This document shows positions 12,484 through 26,534 of a stretch of DNA of 64,000 nt, piece by piece. A program made the position numbers and the translations under genes. Origin of the DNA: Octopus vulgaris (lineage: Eukaryota); NCBI GenBank assembly GCA_951406725.2, contig OX597837.1, positions 9,920,001 to 9,984,000 of the forward strand, read 5' to 3'. The notes beneath the pieces are model-generated. The model was not told where the DNA came from, did no database searches, and saw only the letters and a list, made by a program, of their open reading frames with translations. Within the stretch, counting starts at the first letter, position 1, and each line of letters starts with the position of its first letter.

Positions 12484-12644
12484 ATCCCTGCTGTACTCTC
12501 TCGCCACGACTTTCTCTCACTCTTTCTACTCTTGGCCTGCTCGCTTAGCCAGCGGGGTGGCGTTATTTAAAGGTTAAACAATGCGAAGTGCATTGTGAGC
12601 AGCGATGTGTTGCAACATCTGATAGCCTAGTCGGTCACGGTGAT
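12484..12644 (+). mobile_element. SINE family C, 3' portion (tail type 1)
   Basis: Matches the reverse complement of 23297-23460. Confidence 0.85.
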
Positions 12645-13699
12645 CCCCTTTTTATAGCACTTTTTCTTTAACCATATATTGCGCGCACACACACAAACAC
12701 AAACACACACACACACAAACATACACTCACACACACACACACACGCGCACACACACATAAACACAGTCCACTTTTTCCTCGTAAAAAATTACAATGGGAT
12801 AGTAAAAGTTATTGAGTGAAGTCAGACTTATTTAGACGTGGCCACCCCGCCTTAGCGGGAATATTACGTGCGTCTGTGTGTGCCTTAAAAGGGAGGTGGT
12901 TGTACAAATTTTAGGAATACGGTCGACTATATAGAACCTGCCTGACTCGTTGACACCCTGTTGTTTCTTAGTAGCAGCTGACGAATTTTGAGACTAAGTT
13001 ACGTAAGATTACAGTATACTCAAGAAGGGGACTCATACGTGGCTGCATATCTTGACAGAAGCTACTGCCAATTCTCCCTCAAACTCCTTCATTTTGACTA
13101 TTCTATATACATAGTTAAAATAGTAGCTGAAAATCTTTCAAATTACATCCTACTATCTAAAATAAAGAGAAATACTGTAAAAAAAAAAAAACAATGAAAT
13201 CACTCTCTATCTTTAAGATAGCATGTTAGTATTAGTATGCATTTCTTAATAAACACCTAAAGAACTGCCATTAATGAGATAAACTGCTACCAAATGATAT
13301 TTGCGACAGTATCTACCCAGTAATATATCAATCTTGGATTCAATCATTAATTAGCAAATGTGAATGCCATTGTCGAATTCATAATTATCAAACTAATTTG
13401 ATTTTAAAATTAATTTGTAGATGATATCAAAAATGTACACTGATTTTATGCAGAAAATATTTGATAATATTAACGTGCACGTGAAATGAATGCTTGATCG
13501 AACTGTTTTAGAACATGTAATGTAATTTGGTAAGCTGGATAAAACGAAATGCAAGGAGAATCGGTGATTTGTGTCAGCAAGATTTTGTATTTACAACTAG
13601 CCAAAGACAGCGCTCAGTGAAATTGCAGCGGAGATAGAGATATCCACCTTTCCGGACAGTCTTTTTTCAGGAAAAGTTTGGCAGGAAATAATAAATACC

Positions 13700-13777
13700 A
13701 AGGCCGTGAAGATTTCAGAACATTTATAAATAGAAGGTCTTACAGCTGTTTCCAGGATATTTATTATATCCTTTCAT
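13700..13777 (-). mobile_element. Penelope-like fragment with 5'-truncated HHR
   Basis: Minus strand: ATGA-A-AGGATAT aataa ATATCCT-g-GAAA-CAGCTG-TA-AGAC; the CTG and 5' strand of stem I are replaced by (TA)n. Confidence 0.6.
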
Positions 13778-13785
13778 ATATATAC

Positions 13786-13968
13786 TTCATTAAAAAGCAG
13801 CAGAAATATCACAAAAACTCTTACTGAGTTTCACGTTCCCGACGAACGAGAACTTGTAACTCTGAGTAACATTTCTGCTGCTTTTTTTAACAAAGCATAT
13901 TGCTCTACCTCTGGTATTCGAGTACTATTTTTTCCACCTTGTTTCGCATTTATGTGCTGACTCCAGTG
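13786..13968 (+). mobile_element. Fold-back Penelope-like end with degenerate HHR
   Basis: AAAAAGCAGCAGAAAT / ATTTCTGCTGCTTTTT arms; CCGACGA-ACGAGAACTT-GTAA-CTCTGAG-TA at 13839-13868; the opposite arm retains GGGAACGT-GAAA-CTC. Confidence 0.6.
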
Positions 13969-14205
13969 TGCATATATGTGTGTGTGTTTGTATGTGTGTG
14001 TGTGTGTGTGTGTGTATGTATATGTATATGAATTGAGGATATAGTCATTAAAATGATTATATAAGTAGCCAGGGAGAGAGTTAGATAAATAAATATATAT
14101 ATATGTGTGTGTATATGTATGTATATGTATATATGTGTGTGTGTATATATGTGTGTGTGTATGTGTGTGTATATGCATGTATATATATATATATATATAT
14201 ATATA

Positions 14206-14485
14206 TCACATTTGTCACATTTTTTTCTTTCCTTGTTTTTACCCCTCTGCAAAGGAATTTTATTTAATTCTTTCGCAGGAAGGATTAGTTCGACGAGTCG
14301 TGTTCTGTCCTCATCTTCGAAACACGCATGGAGTTGAAATAGGGACAGCTGATGAAGGGAAATTTTCCTTGTGTTGTTTGTCTTGTACTTTGTTTTTTCA
14401 TTGTTAAAAAAAGGTCCGTTTCCATGTTTGTTTTTACGTTTTCGTTTCTCGTTGAGTTCTATGTCTATTTGTGGTGTCCTGTACT

Positions 14486-14535
<50 letters not shown>

Positions 14536-14600
14536 TGTATATATACATGTAGATGTAGGTACGTACATATATGTATGCATGTATGCATATATTTTATTTA

Positions 14601-14605
<5 letters not shown>
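14206..14605 (+). mobile_element. Non-autonomous element family P4 carrying a permuted HHR-like motif
   Basis: Homologous to 347-575 and 28581-29140; (TA)n on both sides. Confidence 0.8.
14279..14360 (+). ncRNA. Candidate permuted/pseudoknotted hammerhead-like motif (family P4)
   Basis: GAAGG..CGTG-TT-CTGTCCT-ca-TCTTC-GAAA-CACG..GGGACAG-CTGATGA-AGGG. Confidence 0.62.
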
Positions 14606-14664
<59 letters not shown>

Positions 14665-14985
14665 TGATTAATGTAAACAGCATATTAGCGCTGCTATGTA
14701 GGATGTTGATGACGAATAAAGCAACAGTTATAACAGACATCACACATAAATGCACTGACCTACAGCCTATATAGTGAACGTGTGTGTTTATATATATACA
14801 TGCATAAACACACAAACACGTATACATACGTACATATATTTATATATATACGTGTATGTGTTTCTGGGTCGGGGTGTGAAAGCCCTTTGTTACCTCTGTG
14901 TGGGCTTTGTTTACTTCTCCCCAGTGACCCAAGTGGGATTTAGGAAAGGAAAGTTGTCAAAATACGACTTGTAAGATTTTTAGCA

Positions 14986-15380
14986 CTCTCTCTCTCTCTT
15001 TCTCTCTCTCTCTCTTTCCTATCTCTTTCTCTCTTACTTTCTCTCCCCCTCGTTCTCTTTCTCTCTCTCTTTCCTCTCTCTCTCTCTTTCCTCTCTCTCT
15101 CTCTTACTTTCTCCCCCTCTCGTTCCCTTTCTCTCTCTCTTTCCTCTCTCTCTCTCTTACTTTCTCCCCCTCTCGTTCCCTTTCTCTCTCTCTTTCCTCT
15201 CTCTCTCTCTCTTACTTTCTCTCCCTCTCGTTCTCTCTCTCTCTTTATCTCTTACTTTCTCTCACTCTCGTACCCTTTCTCTCTGTCGTTGTTTCTCTCT
15301 CTTTCTCTCCATTTATCTCTATATTTCCTCTCTCTCTCTTTCTCTCCCTCTCTCCATTTCACTTTTGTTCTCTTTCTCAC
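14986..15380. repeat. CT-rich minisatellite (~55-60 bp unit)
   Basis: Recurrent CTCTTACTTTCTCCCCCTCTCGTTCCCTTTCTCTC units within (CT)n. Confidence 0.85.
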
Positions 15381-15543
15381 CCATACATACTGACACCTAC
15401 ACACATCTCCTTTTTCTAAACTGATATGGTAACTCTCATGTTACTATTTCATTTATCCCAAACTGTATATCAAATTAACTATTCGTATATATACATAAGC
15501 ATACATATATGAATGCTTATGTATATATACTTATGAATGTAAT

Positions 15544-15629
<86 letters not shown>

Positions 15630-15934
15630 GTATATGTATATGTGATGTATGTATATGCATATGTACGCGTGTATGTGTATACATTGTGATTTACATTAAA
15701 ATAATTGATTCGACACAATTGGTCATATATTTCGTGCTGTACGTGCTTTTCAATCAGATGAGGTGTTTAGCGTAATGGATGGAATATATAGGAAAGAATG
15801 AGATACACGGTTTGAACACACGAGCATTCTAAATATAGGAAAATACGATAAGGCTATTTCATTTTAAATTCACATGAAAACTTTCGGATGTGACTACGAT
15901 AGAAAAATTGAGGTCAGAACGATAAAGATGTGTA

Positions 15935-16062
15935 TACTCTTTACTCTTTTACTCTTTTACTTGTTTCAGTCATTTAACTGTGGTCATGCTGGAGCACTGC
16001 CTTTAGTCAAGCAAATTGACCCCCAGGACTTATTCTTTGTAAGCCTGGTTCTTATTCTATTG
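15935..16062 (-). mobile_element. SINE family A 3' fragment
   Basis: TACTCTTT tail, CAGTCATTT..CATGCTGGAGCAC; joined directly to a SINE B array. Confidence 0.85.
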
Positions 16063-16063
16063 G

Positions 16064-16902
16064 TAAAGTCGACCTCGGCGGAATTTGAACTCAGAACGCA
16101 GCGGCAAACGAAATACCTATTTCTTTACTACCCACAAGGGGCTAAACGCAGAGAGGACAAACAAGGACAGACAATCGGATTAAGTCGATTCCATCGACCC
16201 CAGTGAGTAACTGGTACTTAATTTATCGACCCTGAAAGGATGAAAGGCAAAGTCGACCTCGGTGGAATTTGAACTCACAACGTAGCGGCAAACGAAATAC
16301 CTATTTCTTTACTACCCACAAGGGGCGAAACATAGAGGGGATAATCAAGGACAGACAAACGGATTAAGTCGATTACATCGACCCCAGTGCGTCACTGGTA
16401 CTTAATTTAACGACCCTGAAAGGATGAAAGGCAAAGTCGACCTCGGCGGAATTTGAACTCACAATGCAGCGGCAAACGAAATACCTATTTCTTTACTACC
16501 CACAAGGGGCTAAACACAGAGAGAACAAACAAGGACAGACACACGGATTAAGTCGATTACATCGACCCCAGTGCGTAACTGGTACTTATTTAATCGACCC
16601 CGAAAGGATGAAAGGCAAAGTCGACCTCGGCGGAATTTGAACTCACAACGTAGCGGCAGACGAAATACCTATTTCTTTACTACCCACAAGTGGCTAAACA
16701 CAGAGGGGACAAACAAGGACAGACAAACGGATTGAGTCGATTCCATCGATTCCAGTGCGTAACTGGTACTTATTTAATCGACCCCGAAAGGATAAAAGGC
16801 AAAGTCGACCTCGGCAGAATTTGAACTCAGAACACAGCGGCAGACGAAATACCTCTAAGTAGTTCGCCCGGCGTGCTAACGTTTCTGCCAGCTCGCCGCC
16901 TT
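16064..16902 (-). mobile_element. SINE family B with 184-bp tandem array (~4.5 units)
   Basis: The G of AAAGTCGACCTC recurs at 16068, 16252, 16436, 16620 and 16804; one head (GGCGGCGAGCTGGCAGAAACG) at the right end. Confidence 0.92.
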
Positions 16903-17122
16903 ATAATCTATATTATCTGTATTTCTCTTCATAAAACACAGACGAATATAAGCATATCAAATACCATAGAACATAAATTTATGATTTATCATAATTATTT
17001 CCGCCGATATAGGATGTATCATAAATAAAATGGCAATTAAAACCAAGTCCGTGTGATAAGAGGAAAACCCTTCTCCTTAATGGTTTGTCAGCTTTGGAGA
17101 TATTTAAAAAAAATTTATTTAT

Positions 17123-17540
17123 AGGCGTAGGAGTGGCTGTGTAGTATATAGCTTGCTTACCAACCACATGGTTCCGGGTTCAGTCCCACTGCGTAGCACC
17201 TCGGGCAAGTGTCATCAACTATAGCCTCGGGCCGACCAAAACCTTGTGAGTGGATCTAGTAGACGGAAACTGAAAGAAGCCCGTCGTATATATATATATA
17301 TATGTGGGGGGGTATGTGTATACGTTTGTGCGTCTGCGTTTATCCCCTCAACATCGCTTGACAACCGATGCTGGTGTGTTTACGTCCCCGTAACTTAGCG
17401 GTTCGGCAAAACAGACCGATAGAATAAGTACTAGGCTTAGAATAAGAATAAGTCCTGGGGATCGATTTGCTCGGCTAAAGGCGGTGCTCCAGCATGGCCG
17501 CAGTCAAATGACTGAAACAAGTAGAAGAATAAAAGAATAA
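17123..17540 (+). mobile_element. tRNA-derived SINE family A, full length
   Basis: GGCGTAGGAGTGGCTGTGTAG...GGGTTCAGTCCC head, body and AAAGAATA tail. Confidence 0.92.
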
Positions 17541-17693
17541 TCCATGCCGGTGGCCACTCTAAGCTATTTCTCTTAGCGCATCAAGTTGCAGCTGCATGAT
17601 GCTGTCTTCCTGGCCTCCGTCCTACACTTCCTCCTACCTCATCAATATATTTTACTCTCTCATCTTAACTGCTTGAGGGATGTATATATACCT

Positions 17694-18477
17694 ATTTCTT
17701 TATTACCCACAAGGGGCTAAACATAGAGAGGACAAACAAGGATAGACATAGGTATTAAGTCGATTACATCGACCCCAGTGCGAAACTGGTACTTTCATTT
17801 ATCGACCCCGAAAGGATGAAAGGCAAAGTCGACCTCGGCGGAATTTGAACTCAGAACGTAACGGCAGACGAAATACCTATTTCTTTACTACCCACAAGGG
17901 GCTAAACATAGAGACGACAAACAAGGATAGACATAGGTATTAAGTCGATTACATCGACCCCAGTGCGTTACTGGTACTTAATTTATCGACTCCGAAAGGA
18001 TGAAAGGCAAAGTCGACCTCGGCGGAATTTGAACTCAGAACGTAACGGCAGACGAAATACCTATTTCTTTACTACCCACAAGGGGCTAAACATAGAGACG
18101 ACAAACAAGGATAGACATAGGTATTAAATCGATTACATCGACCGCAGTGCGAAACTGGTACTTTCATTTATCGACCCCGAAAGGATGAAAGACAAAGTCG
18201 ACCTCGGCGGAATTTGAACTCAGAACATAACGGCAGACGAAATACCTATTTCTTTATTACCCACAAGGGGCTAAACACAGAGGGGACAAACAAGGATAGA
18301 CATAGGTATTAAGTCGATTACATCGACCCCAGTGCGTAACTGGTACTTAATTTATCGACCCCGAAAGGATGAAAAGCAAAGTCGACCTCGACGGAATTTG
18401 AACTCAGAACGTAACGGCAGACGAAATACCGCTAGGCATTTCGCCCGGCGTGCAAACGTTTCTACCAGGTCGCCGCC
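17694..18477 (-). mobile_element. SINE family B, four-unit tandem array with 13-bp TSD
   Basis: TGTATATATACCT at 17681-17693 and 18478-18490 flanks four ~185-bp units and one head. Confidence 0.93.
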
Positions 18478-18510
18478 TGTATATATACCTTCCTTCCGAA
18501 ATTCTTGATC

Positions 18511-18821
18511 GTGTGGAGGCACATGGCCTAGTGGTTAGAGCAGAGGACTAGCGGTCGAGGGATCGCCGGTTCGAATCTCAGACCGGGCGATGTGTGTGTT
18601 TATGAGCGAAAACACCTAATTTCCTCGCAGCTCCGGCAGAAGGTAATGGCGAAACTTCTGCTGACTCTTTTGCCACAACTTTCTCTCACTCTTTCCTCCT
18701 GCATCTTGCAGCTCACCTTCGACGGACTGGCGTCCCGTCCAGGTGGGGAACCTTTACACGACAAGAAACCGGGAAATCGGCCCTTATGAGCCAGGCATGG
18801 CTCGAGAGGGAACAAACAACA
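18511..18821 (+). mobile_element. tRNA-derived SINE family C (tail type 2) with 12-bp TSD
   Basis: A box TGGCCTAGTGG, B box GGTTCGAATCT; TSD AAATTCTTGATC at 18499-18510 and 18822-18833; (ACA)n tail. Confidence 0.92.
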
Positions 18822-19138
18822 AAATTCTTGATCATTGAGTTCCACCCTCTTACTAAACTTCCTGTTTGGCTATCCATCTCCACATCAAATTCCTCATTCG
18901 CATTTAGTTCTTCCTTCATTCCATCACTCGACGAGCAGAGTAACGAAACATTATATTCAACACTCGGCATCGAAACAAATATTACAAGTTTTCCAAGAAT
19001 TGTATTGACGTCAGCCATCAGACAATCCTGCGTTCGTGATTTTATTCTTAGAATTTTATAATGAGGCGATAGTTTATTGTCCGTATCGGAATAATTTTTA
19101 AAGAATCTATGGTTAACATTTTGGTAGCTTTGCAATCT

Positions 19139-19201
<63 letters not shown>

Positions 19202-19319
19202 ATGTACGTGTGTGTGTGTGTGCATGTACGTGTGTGTGAGAGAGTATATGAAATATAATTCCATGCATGTGATATATATATATATATATATACGTGCGTG
19301 CGTTTTCGTAATGTGTGTG

Positions 19320-19376
<57 letters not shown>

Positions 19377-19384
19377 GTGTATGT

Positions 19385-19434
<50 letters not shown>

Positions 19435-19436
<2 letters not shown>

Positions 19437-19618
19437 GGAGAGTTTACGAAGAAAACAAAAGACGAAGACAGGTGGTGTACAAAACAAACAGATGTTTTAG
19501 TATAAGGCTCAGGAATAGAAAAAGTCTTTTACGTTTCGAGCCTACGTTCTTCTACAGAAAGGGACACAGAAAAAACAAAGAGAGAAACAAGGAGAGAGAA
19601 AAAAGGAGAGAAAAGGTG
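19435..19618 (-). mobile_element. Non-autonomous HHR-bearing element family P1
   Basis: Reverse complement of 26748-26941; CTGTAGA-A-GAACGTAGGCTC-GAAACGTA. Confidence 0.85.
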
Positions 19619-20263
19619 TGTGTGTGTGTATCTTCTGGCGGTGAATTTGAGCAGAATCTGGAAGTGAGGTCCAGGTTCGAATGTACTAGTGTTTTGATGA
19701 GTGGGGAACCGCCTCTTACACCTTACACACTATTATTCCCAGATCTGTAATGACCCGGAGTAGAAGCATCTGTCGGGGCCTCACTTGAGTAAACCTAACA
19801 CATAATGGGACTACCTCTGACAAAATTTCGTAGTCAATGCTATGAACTAAGACCGGATGAATCCGTTCACAACTTTAACTACTCAACTACGAGAAGTTAA
19901 TCCCATACACATCCTGTTTCCATTTGATGCACCAGATCGACATGAAGTTGAAGGACTTAGAAAGGAACTGTCTCTGTACAAACCAAGCCTACTATACTCA
20001 CATTCATGGAGCGGGTTCTTCAGCAAATCAAGATGATAATACAATAGCATCAACACCATTATATTTTCTTTGTAAGTCTCGGAAAAGAGGTGACGAAGAC
20101 AAGTAGGATGCTACTGGCGGTGTTCAGCTTTGATTCTTCAAACAGGGGACCATAGGGCTGATTGGTAATAACACCTGGGTCTAGTTGAAACTTCACCTGT
20201 CGAAACGACGAGAGATTTCTGCAGCATACGTGCACATACATACATACATACATACATACATGC

Positions 20264-20329
<66 letters not shown>

Positions 20330-20621
20330 GCACACATACAAACATACATACATATATACATACGTACATACATACATGAAAAGAGAATGGTGATATAGAA
20401 TTGTCAATTCAAAAATTTAGACTTATTTACATATTATATTATATTATATTATATTATATTATATTATATTATATTGTACTCTTATGATATCATATAATAA
20501 ATAATGAACGTTAATTACAAATTACTTACAATTGTTTCTATTCTTACCCATAATAAAATTATAAAAATCCATGTTTCTGGGTAAGAATCTCTTGACAGAT
20601 GAGGATTTACATCATATAGAA

Positions 20622-20707
<86 letters not shown>

Positions 20708-20851
20708 GGATAGATAGAGGTGCATATAATGTACATAGATATACATTATATGCACAATTTCATCTAGACATTGACACATATGTAAATATGTATGAGGGAA
20801 GAGAAATATATATACCCAAGCATGCACACGCACGTTAAAAAATTCCCTCTT

Positions 20852-20904
<53 letters not shown>

Positions 20905-21264
20905 ATGAAAACTAATAATATGATTGCTTTTCCATCGGTGTAATACTTATACGATATAAATATGAGAAAAAGTGTGGATGTGGGAATAGAGAGAAGGATA
21001 GGGTAAGGACAGCATGTGGGATTCGTGTGTATATGCGCGTGTGTATATGCGCGTGTGTATATGCGCGTGTGTATGAGTGTGTATATACGTGTGTTGCGTG
21101 TATGCATATATATATATATATATATATTAGTTAAATAATTTATGTTTGTACGTTTGTACGTGCGTATGTATGTATGTATGTATGTATGTATGTATGTATG
21201 TATGTATGTATGTATGTATGTATGTATGTATGTATGTATGTATGTATGTATGTATGTATGTATG

Positions 21265-21298
<34 letters not shown>

Positions 21299-21614
21299 TG
21301 TATGTATGTACGTATGTATGTATGTATGCTTATACACGCAGGGAGGTAAAGGGAGAGGGAGAATAGGCGGAAGGGAGAAAGAAGAAAAGAAAGCGAGAAA
21401 GAGAGAGAGAGAGTGGGTAGGAAAAGGAAGATAAAAACGAAAAGGAGAGAGATTGAAAGAGGAGGCGATGGAGAGGATAAAGTACATTTGTAAAAAGAGC
21501 TGTTGATAATTAACAAATATGGCGATTTCAAAATAAGAAACCTTTAACGCATAAGGCGTTCCAGTTTGTGGCTGAGTTGGGTCGCAGGAACACGTTGTTA
21601 TTGTCGTTAAGGTT

Positions 21615-21645
21615 GATGATGATGGTGATGATGATGACGATGATG

Positions 21646-21677
<32 letters not shown>

Positions 21678-21845
21678 GGTGATGATGATGATGATGATGA
21701 TGATGATGACGATGATGATGACGACGACGACGATGATGATGATGACGACGATGATGATGATGATAATGATGATGACGATGATGATGATGATGATGATGAT
21801 GATGACGATGATGACGACGACGACGACGATGATGATGATGACGAC

Positions 21846-21886
<41 letters not shown>

Positions 21887-21962
21887 CGACGACGACGACG
21901 ACGACGATGATGATGATGATGATGATGATGATGACGATTACGAAGATGGTGATGATTACGAA

Positions 21963-22009
<47 letters not shown>

Positions 22010-22014
22010 CGAAG

Positions 22015-22046
<32 letters not shown>

Positions 22047-22056
22047 GATGACGATG

Positions 22057-22088
<32 letters not shown>

Positions 22089-22200
22089 GATGATGATGAA
22101 GATGACAGTGATGAAGATGATGATGATGATGACGACGATGATGATGATGATGATGATGATGAAGATGACAGTGATGAAGATGATGATGATGATGTTGATA

Positions 22201-22231
<31 letters not shown>

Positions 22232-22385
22232 CAGTGATGAAGATGATGATGATGACAATGATGATGATGATGATGATGATGCTTGAGCTGCTGCTGTGAA
22301 TGACGACGACGGTCACATGGCGATGGTGATGATGCTGACGATGATGATGGTCGTGGTCGTGACGACGATGATGATGATGATGATG
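21615..22385. repeat. Long (GAT)n/(GAC)n trinucleotide array
   Basis: About 770 bp; source of the poly-M, poly-I and poly-S ORFs. Confidence 0.97.
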
Positions 22386-22506
22386 GCGCCTATGGTGTTG
22401 TACTAGCTGTATTTTGGCTGCATCATGCATTTTGTGTATGAGTATGTCTATCTACGTGTGTATAAGTGTGTGTGTGTGTACGTGTGTGCGTGTATATTCA
22501 TGTATA

Positions 22507-22710
22507 TTCTCTGTCATTGTCAATACGACAATCACACGCTACACACCTTCCTTCCAAGCACTGCTGTGAACAGCGGAGGTGAGCTGGAACGTGAAAACTG
22601 AGTGCGCATGCACAGCAGAGATCAAGATCAATGTGCGCGAAGCGGCTTAACTCTGCTTGCTTTAGATTCGTAACAATGGCAACAGTGTGGATATTTGTTG
22701 ATCAGACCCC

Positions 22711-22713
<3 letters not shown>
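22507..22713 (-). mobile_element. Mariner-like transposon 5' end fragment
   Basis: Minus strand starts TA-CGGGGTCTGATCAACAAATATCC in (TA)n and runs to a putative start ATGACAGAGAA; resembles mariner left ends. Confidence 0.5.
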
Positions 22714-22764
<51 letters not shown>

Positions 22765-23014
22765 CGATTTGGATATGTATATACTGTGGTTGTGTGTGTA
22801 GGGAGGGGTTCGAGTGTGCATGTGGGTGTGTACGGTTACTCCTGTTTGGGGTCAACTGTGTATTAGGAAACGAGGTTTATAGTTTTACTATACAATCGAA
22901 ATTTGGTCACACATTTATTAGGCGAGCGAGACAGAGGAAGGGCGGAGGGAGATGGGGGATATTTGAGAGCGTATATGAAAGAGAAAGGGATTGTGAAATA
23001 TAGAAGAAAACAAG

Positions 23015-23078
<64 letters not shown>

Positions 23079-23296
23079 CAGACAGACAGACAGACAGAGA
23101 AACAGAGAGGGCCAGACAGACAGACATTGTAGATATAGAAAGCATATTCAGAATATTATTGAGTTGGTTTTTTTCCTCTACAAGTGAAATATTTTGTGTT
23201 ATGAATAACTTTAGAATTAAAATGTATTATATTCTGCTTTAAAAAATTAAATCTGCTTCTTATGAAATGCATACATATATAGATATACATATATAT

Positions 23297-23591
23297 ATCA
23301 CGTGACCAACCAGACCATCAGATGTTGTTACACATCGCTGGTCACAATGCGTTCGCATTGTTTTAGCCTTCGAATGACGCCACCCCGCTGGCTAAGCGAG
23401 CAGGCCAACAGAAGAAAGAGTGGGAGAAAGAGTGGTGAAAGTGTACAGCAGGGATCACCACCCCCTGCTGGAGCCTCGTGGAGCCATTAGGTATTTTCGC
23501 TCAATAAACACTCACAATGCCCGGTCTGGGAATCGAAACCGCGATCCTACGACCGCGGGTCCGCTGCCCTAACCACTGGGCCATTGCGCCT

Positions 23592-23596
<5 letters not shown>
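23297..23596 (-). mobile_element. tRNA-derived SINE family C, full length (tail type 1)
   Basis: Head GTGGAGGCGCAATGGCCCAGTGGTTAGG...GGTTTCGATTCCC; tail ends GGTCACGTGAT. Confidence 0.92.
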
Positions 23597-23648
<52 letters not shown>

Positions 23649-24425
23649 GCTAGATAGATAGATAAATAGATATATGATATAGATATATCTATATATACAT
23701 ATATATATTCATATATACATATATATACATATATATATATGAATATATATTCCCATATATAAGAGTGTAAAGGCACATACACAAAGAGAAGACCCATAAC
23801 AGGACTTCTTACAAGCTAAAAAGGGCAATCAAACTCAAACCACGAAGAAATAAATCTAAAAGCACGTCTATAATGGCACCAGAATGAAAGATATTATTAT
23901 CTTTAGTTAATCCCATGCTCGAGTTTCCCTCTTAATGAGCAAATAAATTAATTTGTCATCCGCAGTTCATCAGTGGCATCGCTATAAACAATGCATAGTT
24001 ATGTAGCTTAATACGTACCAAATAAACTCGCGCGAGTTGCATCCTTATAAAATTATGGATTCAAATCAAGGGCGCCAGCGTCCTCACATAGCCAGTAGCA
24101 AATAATTAATTTTATATTGCGCACTTTAAGCTCCAGAATTAGAAAATATTACTATGTAAATCATAATGGTAAACAATTAGAATAATTTATTACTAGTGAA
24201 TGTAATCCCGCAGAAGTTCTGATGAGTGTCTGTGTTTGTGTGTTTGAATGCATCTAATTATTATAATCTATAAACACACGGGGCGGAAATAAGTGTTTAT
24301 AACAGGTTAATTATATATTTTGGGTGTCAAGGTAGATTATTCAGTTTCCTCTGTAATTTGGGGGAGATGAAGTTCCGTCTGGGAAAATATACTGAACAAA
24401 GTATTGCATTGTCTGCGAGTGAGAC

Positions 24426-24487
<62 letters not shown>

Positions 24488-24711
24488 GAATGGTGGTGGT
24501 GGTGGTGGTGGTACCACTGTGAACCATATTATGGATACGTAGACAACACGCACCCTCGCGCGCACTGACCCGTATATATACTTATAGCAACTGCACGCAT
24601 GCGTGCGTGTGTGTGTGTGTGTTGTGTGAGTGTACACACATACAAACACACACACTTATCCATATTTCTATCTATGAATATATATATATATATATGCAAA
24701 GGTGTGTGTGA

Positions 24712-24791
<80 letters not shown>

Positions 24792-25012
24792 GTTTATGCA
24801 TATGCTTAAGTATACATATACACATATCTAATGTTAACATACATTCTTATATATATATATACATGTGTGAGTCTTGTCTGTGTGCTTGTGTATATATATG
24901 TATACGTATATAAACAATTTTGTGCGTATATATATACATATATAAACAATTTTACATAAATAAATGCACGTATATATGATAACATATATATATATATATA
25001 TGCGTGCGTGTT

Positions 25013-25066
<54 letters not shown>

Positions 25067-25329
25067 TGTGTGGCGCCAATGCAATTAGAAACTATGCCCT
25101 CCGGTACAATAGGAGGTCATTAACTTAGTCGGTCATCAGGAGTGGTGCGATGTGATAAACGCGATTCACGCCATCTTCATGAATACGTTGCGTATGTGTT
25201 TGTGTGTGTGTAGGAGTGTGTGGGTGCGTGTGTCTGTGTTCTGATGTGTATCTGTGCAGTTGAATGTGTGTGCGCGTGCACTGTTACGCCGATATTAAAT
25301 AATTTTTGTACACGTGTGTATATATGCAG

Positions 25330-25361
<32 letters not shown>

Positions 25362-25467
25362 CGTGTGGGTGTGTGTGCGTGTGTGTGCTTGTGTGGCTGT
25401 ATACAATATGTACATACACATAAATGTGTTTATATATATACAGCTAGATAGATATAGATATATATGC

Positions 25468-25499
<32 letters not shown>

Positions 25500-25561
25500 G
25501 TAAATATATGTATATTTACATATATACATATGTATATATATATATATATTTACATATATAC

Positions 25562-25593
<32 letters not shown>

Positions 25594-25815
25594 TACTCTT
25601 TTACTCTTTTAGTTGTTTCAGTCATTTGACTGCGGCCATGCTGGAGCACCACCTTTAGTCCAGCAAATCGACCCCGGGACTTATTCTTTGTAAGTCAAGT
25701 ACTTATTTTATCGGTCTCTTTTGCCGAACCACTAAGTGACGGGGACATAAACACACCAGCATCAGTTGTCAAGCAATGCTAGGGGGACAAACACATACAC
25801 ACAAACACACACATG

Positions 25816-25877
<62 letters not shown>

Positions 25878-26043
25878 TACGACAGGCTTCTTTCAGTTTC
25901 CGTCTACCAAATCCACTCATAAGGCATTGGTCGGCCCGGGGCTATAGCAGAGGACACTTGCCCGAGATGCCACGTAGTGGGACTGAACCCGGAACCATGT
26001 GGTTGGTTAGCAAGCTACTTACCAAACAGCCACTCCTGCGCCT
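25594..26043 (-). mobile_element. SINE family A, full length
   Basis: Same head, body and tail as 17123-17540. Confidence 0.92.
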
Positions 26044-26179
26044 ATAGATATATATATATATATATACATACATACATATATACACATACACACACACCCA
26101 TACATACATTCTTATACACAGGCATGTATAGCAAGAGGAAGAGTGATAAATAGACAGACAGACAGATAGATAGATAGAC

Positions 26180-26243
<64 letters not shown>

Positions 26244-26257
26244 GGATAGATAGATAG

Positions 26258-26432
26258 ACGAGGCTTCGGCAGGGGGTGGTGATCCCTGCTGTACCATTTC
26301 GCCACAACTTTCTTTCACTCTTTCTTCTGTTGGCCTGCTCGCTTAGCCAGCGGGGTGGCGTCATTTGAAGGCTTAAACAATGCGAAGCGCATTGTGACCA
26401 GCGATGTGTAGCAACATCTGATAACCTGATCG
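26258..26432 (+). mobile_element. SINE family C 3' portion (tail type 1)
   Basis: Matches the reverse complement of 23297-23480. Confidence 0.85.
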
Positions 26433-26534
26433 GAAACGGTATCATATACATTATTTACTTTATTTACATTTGACGGATATTATACATATATACACACAAA
26501 TCTATATATTTACATATATTCTGTCCGGCACTAG

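Noticed and set aside
16064-18477. Regularly spaced repeats resembling a CRISPR array
   Set aside because: The whole 184-bp unit repeats with no unique spacers, the context is eukaryotic, there are no cas genes, and the arrays have a SINE head and TSD.
18834-19140. Non-repetitive minus-strand peptide (..[13 protein letters not shown]..), possibly a LINE relic
   Set aside because: No diagnostic motif could be recognised with confidence; it needs a tBLASTx search.
19630-20225. Unique block with a weak gag-like stretch (LRPDESVHNF)
   Set aside because: Too short and interrupted to assign by eye.
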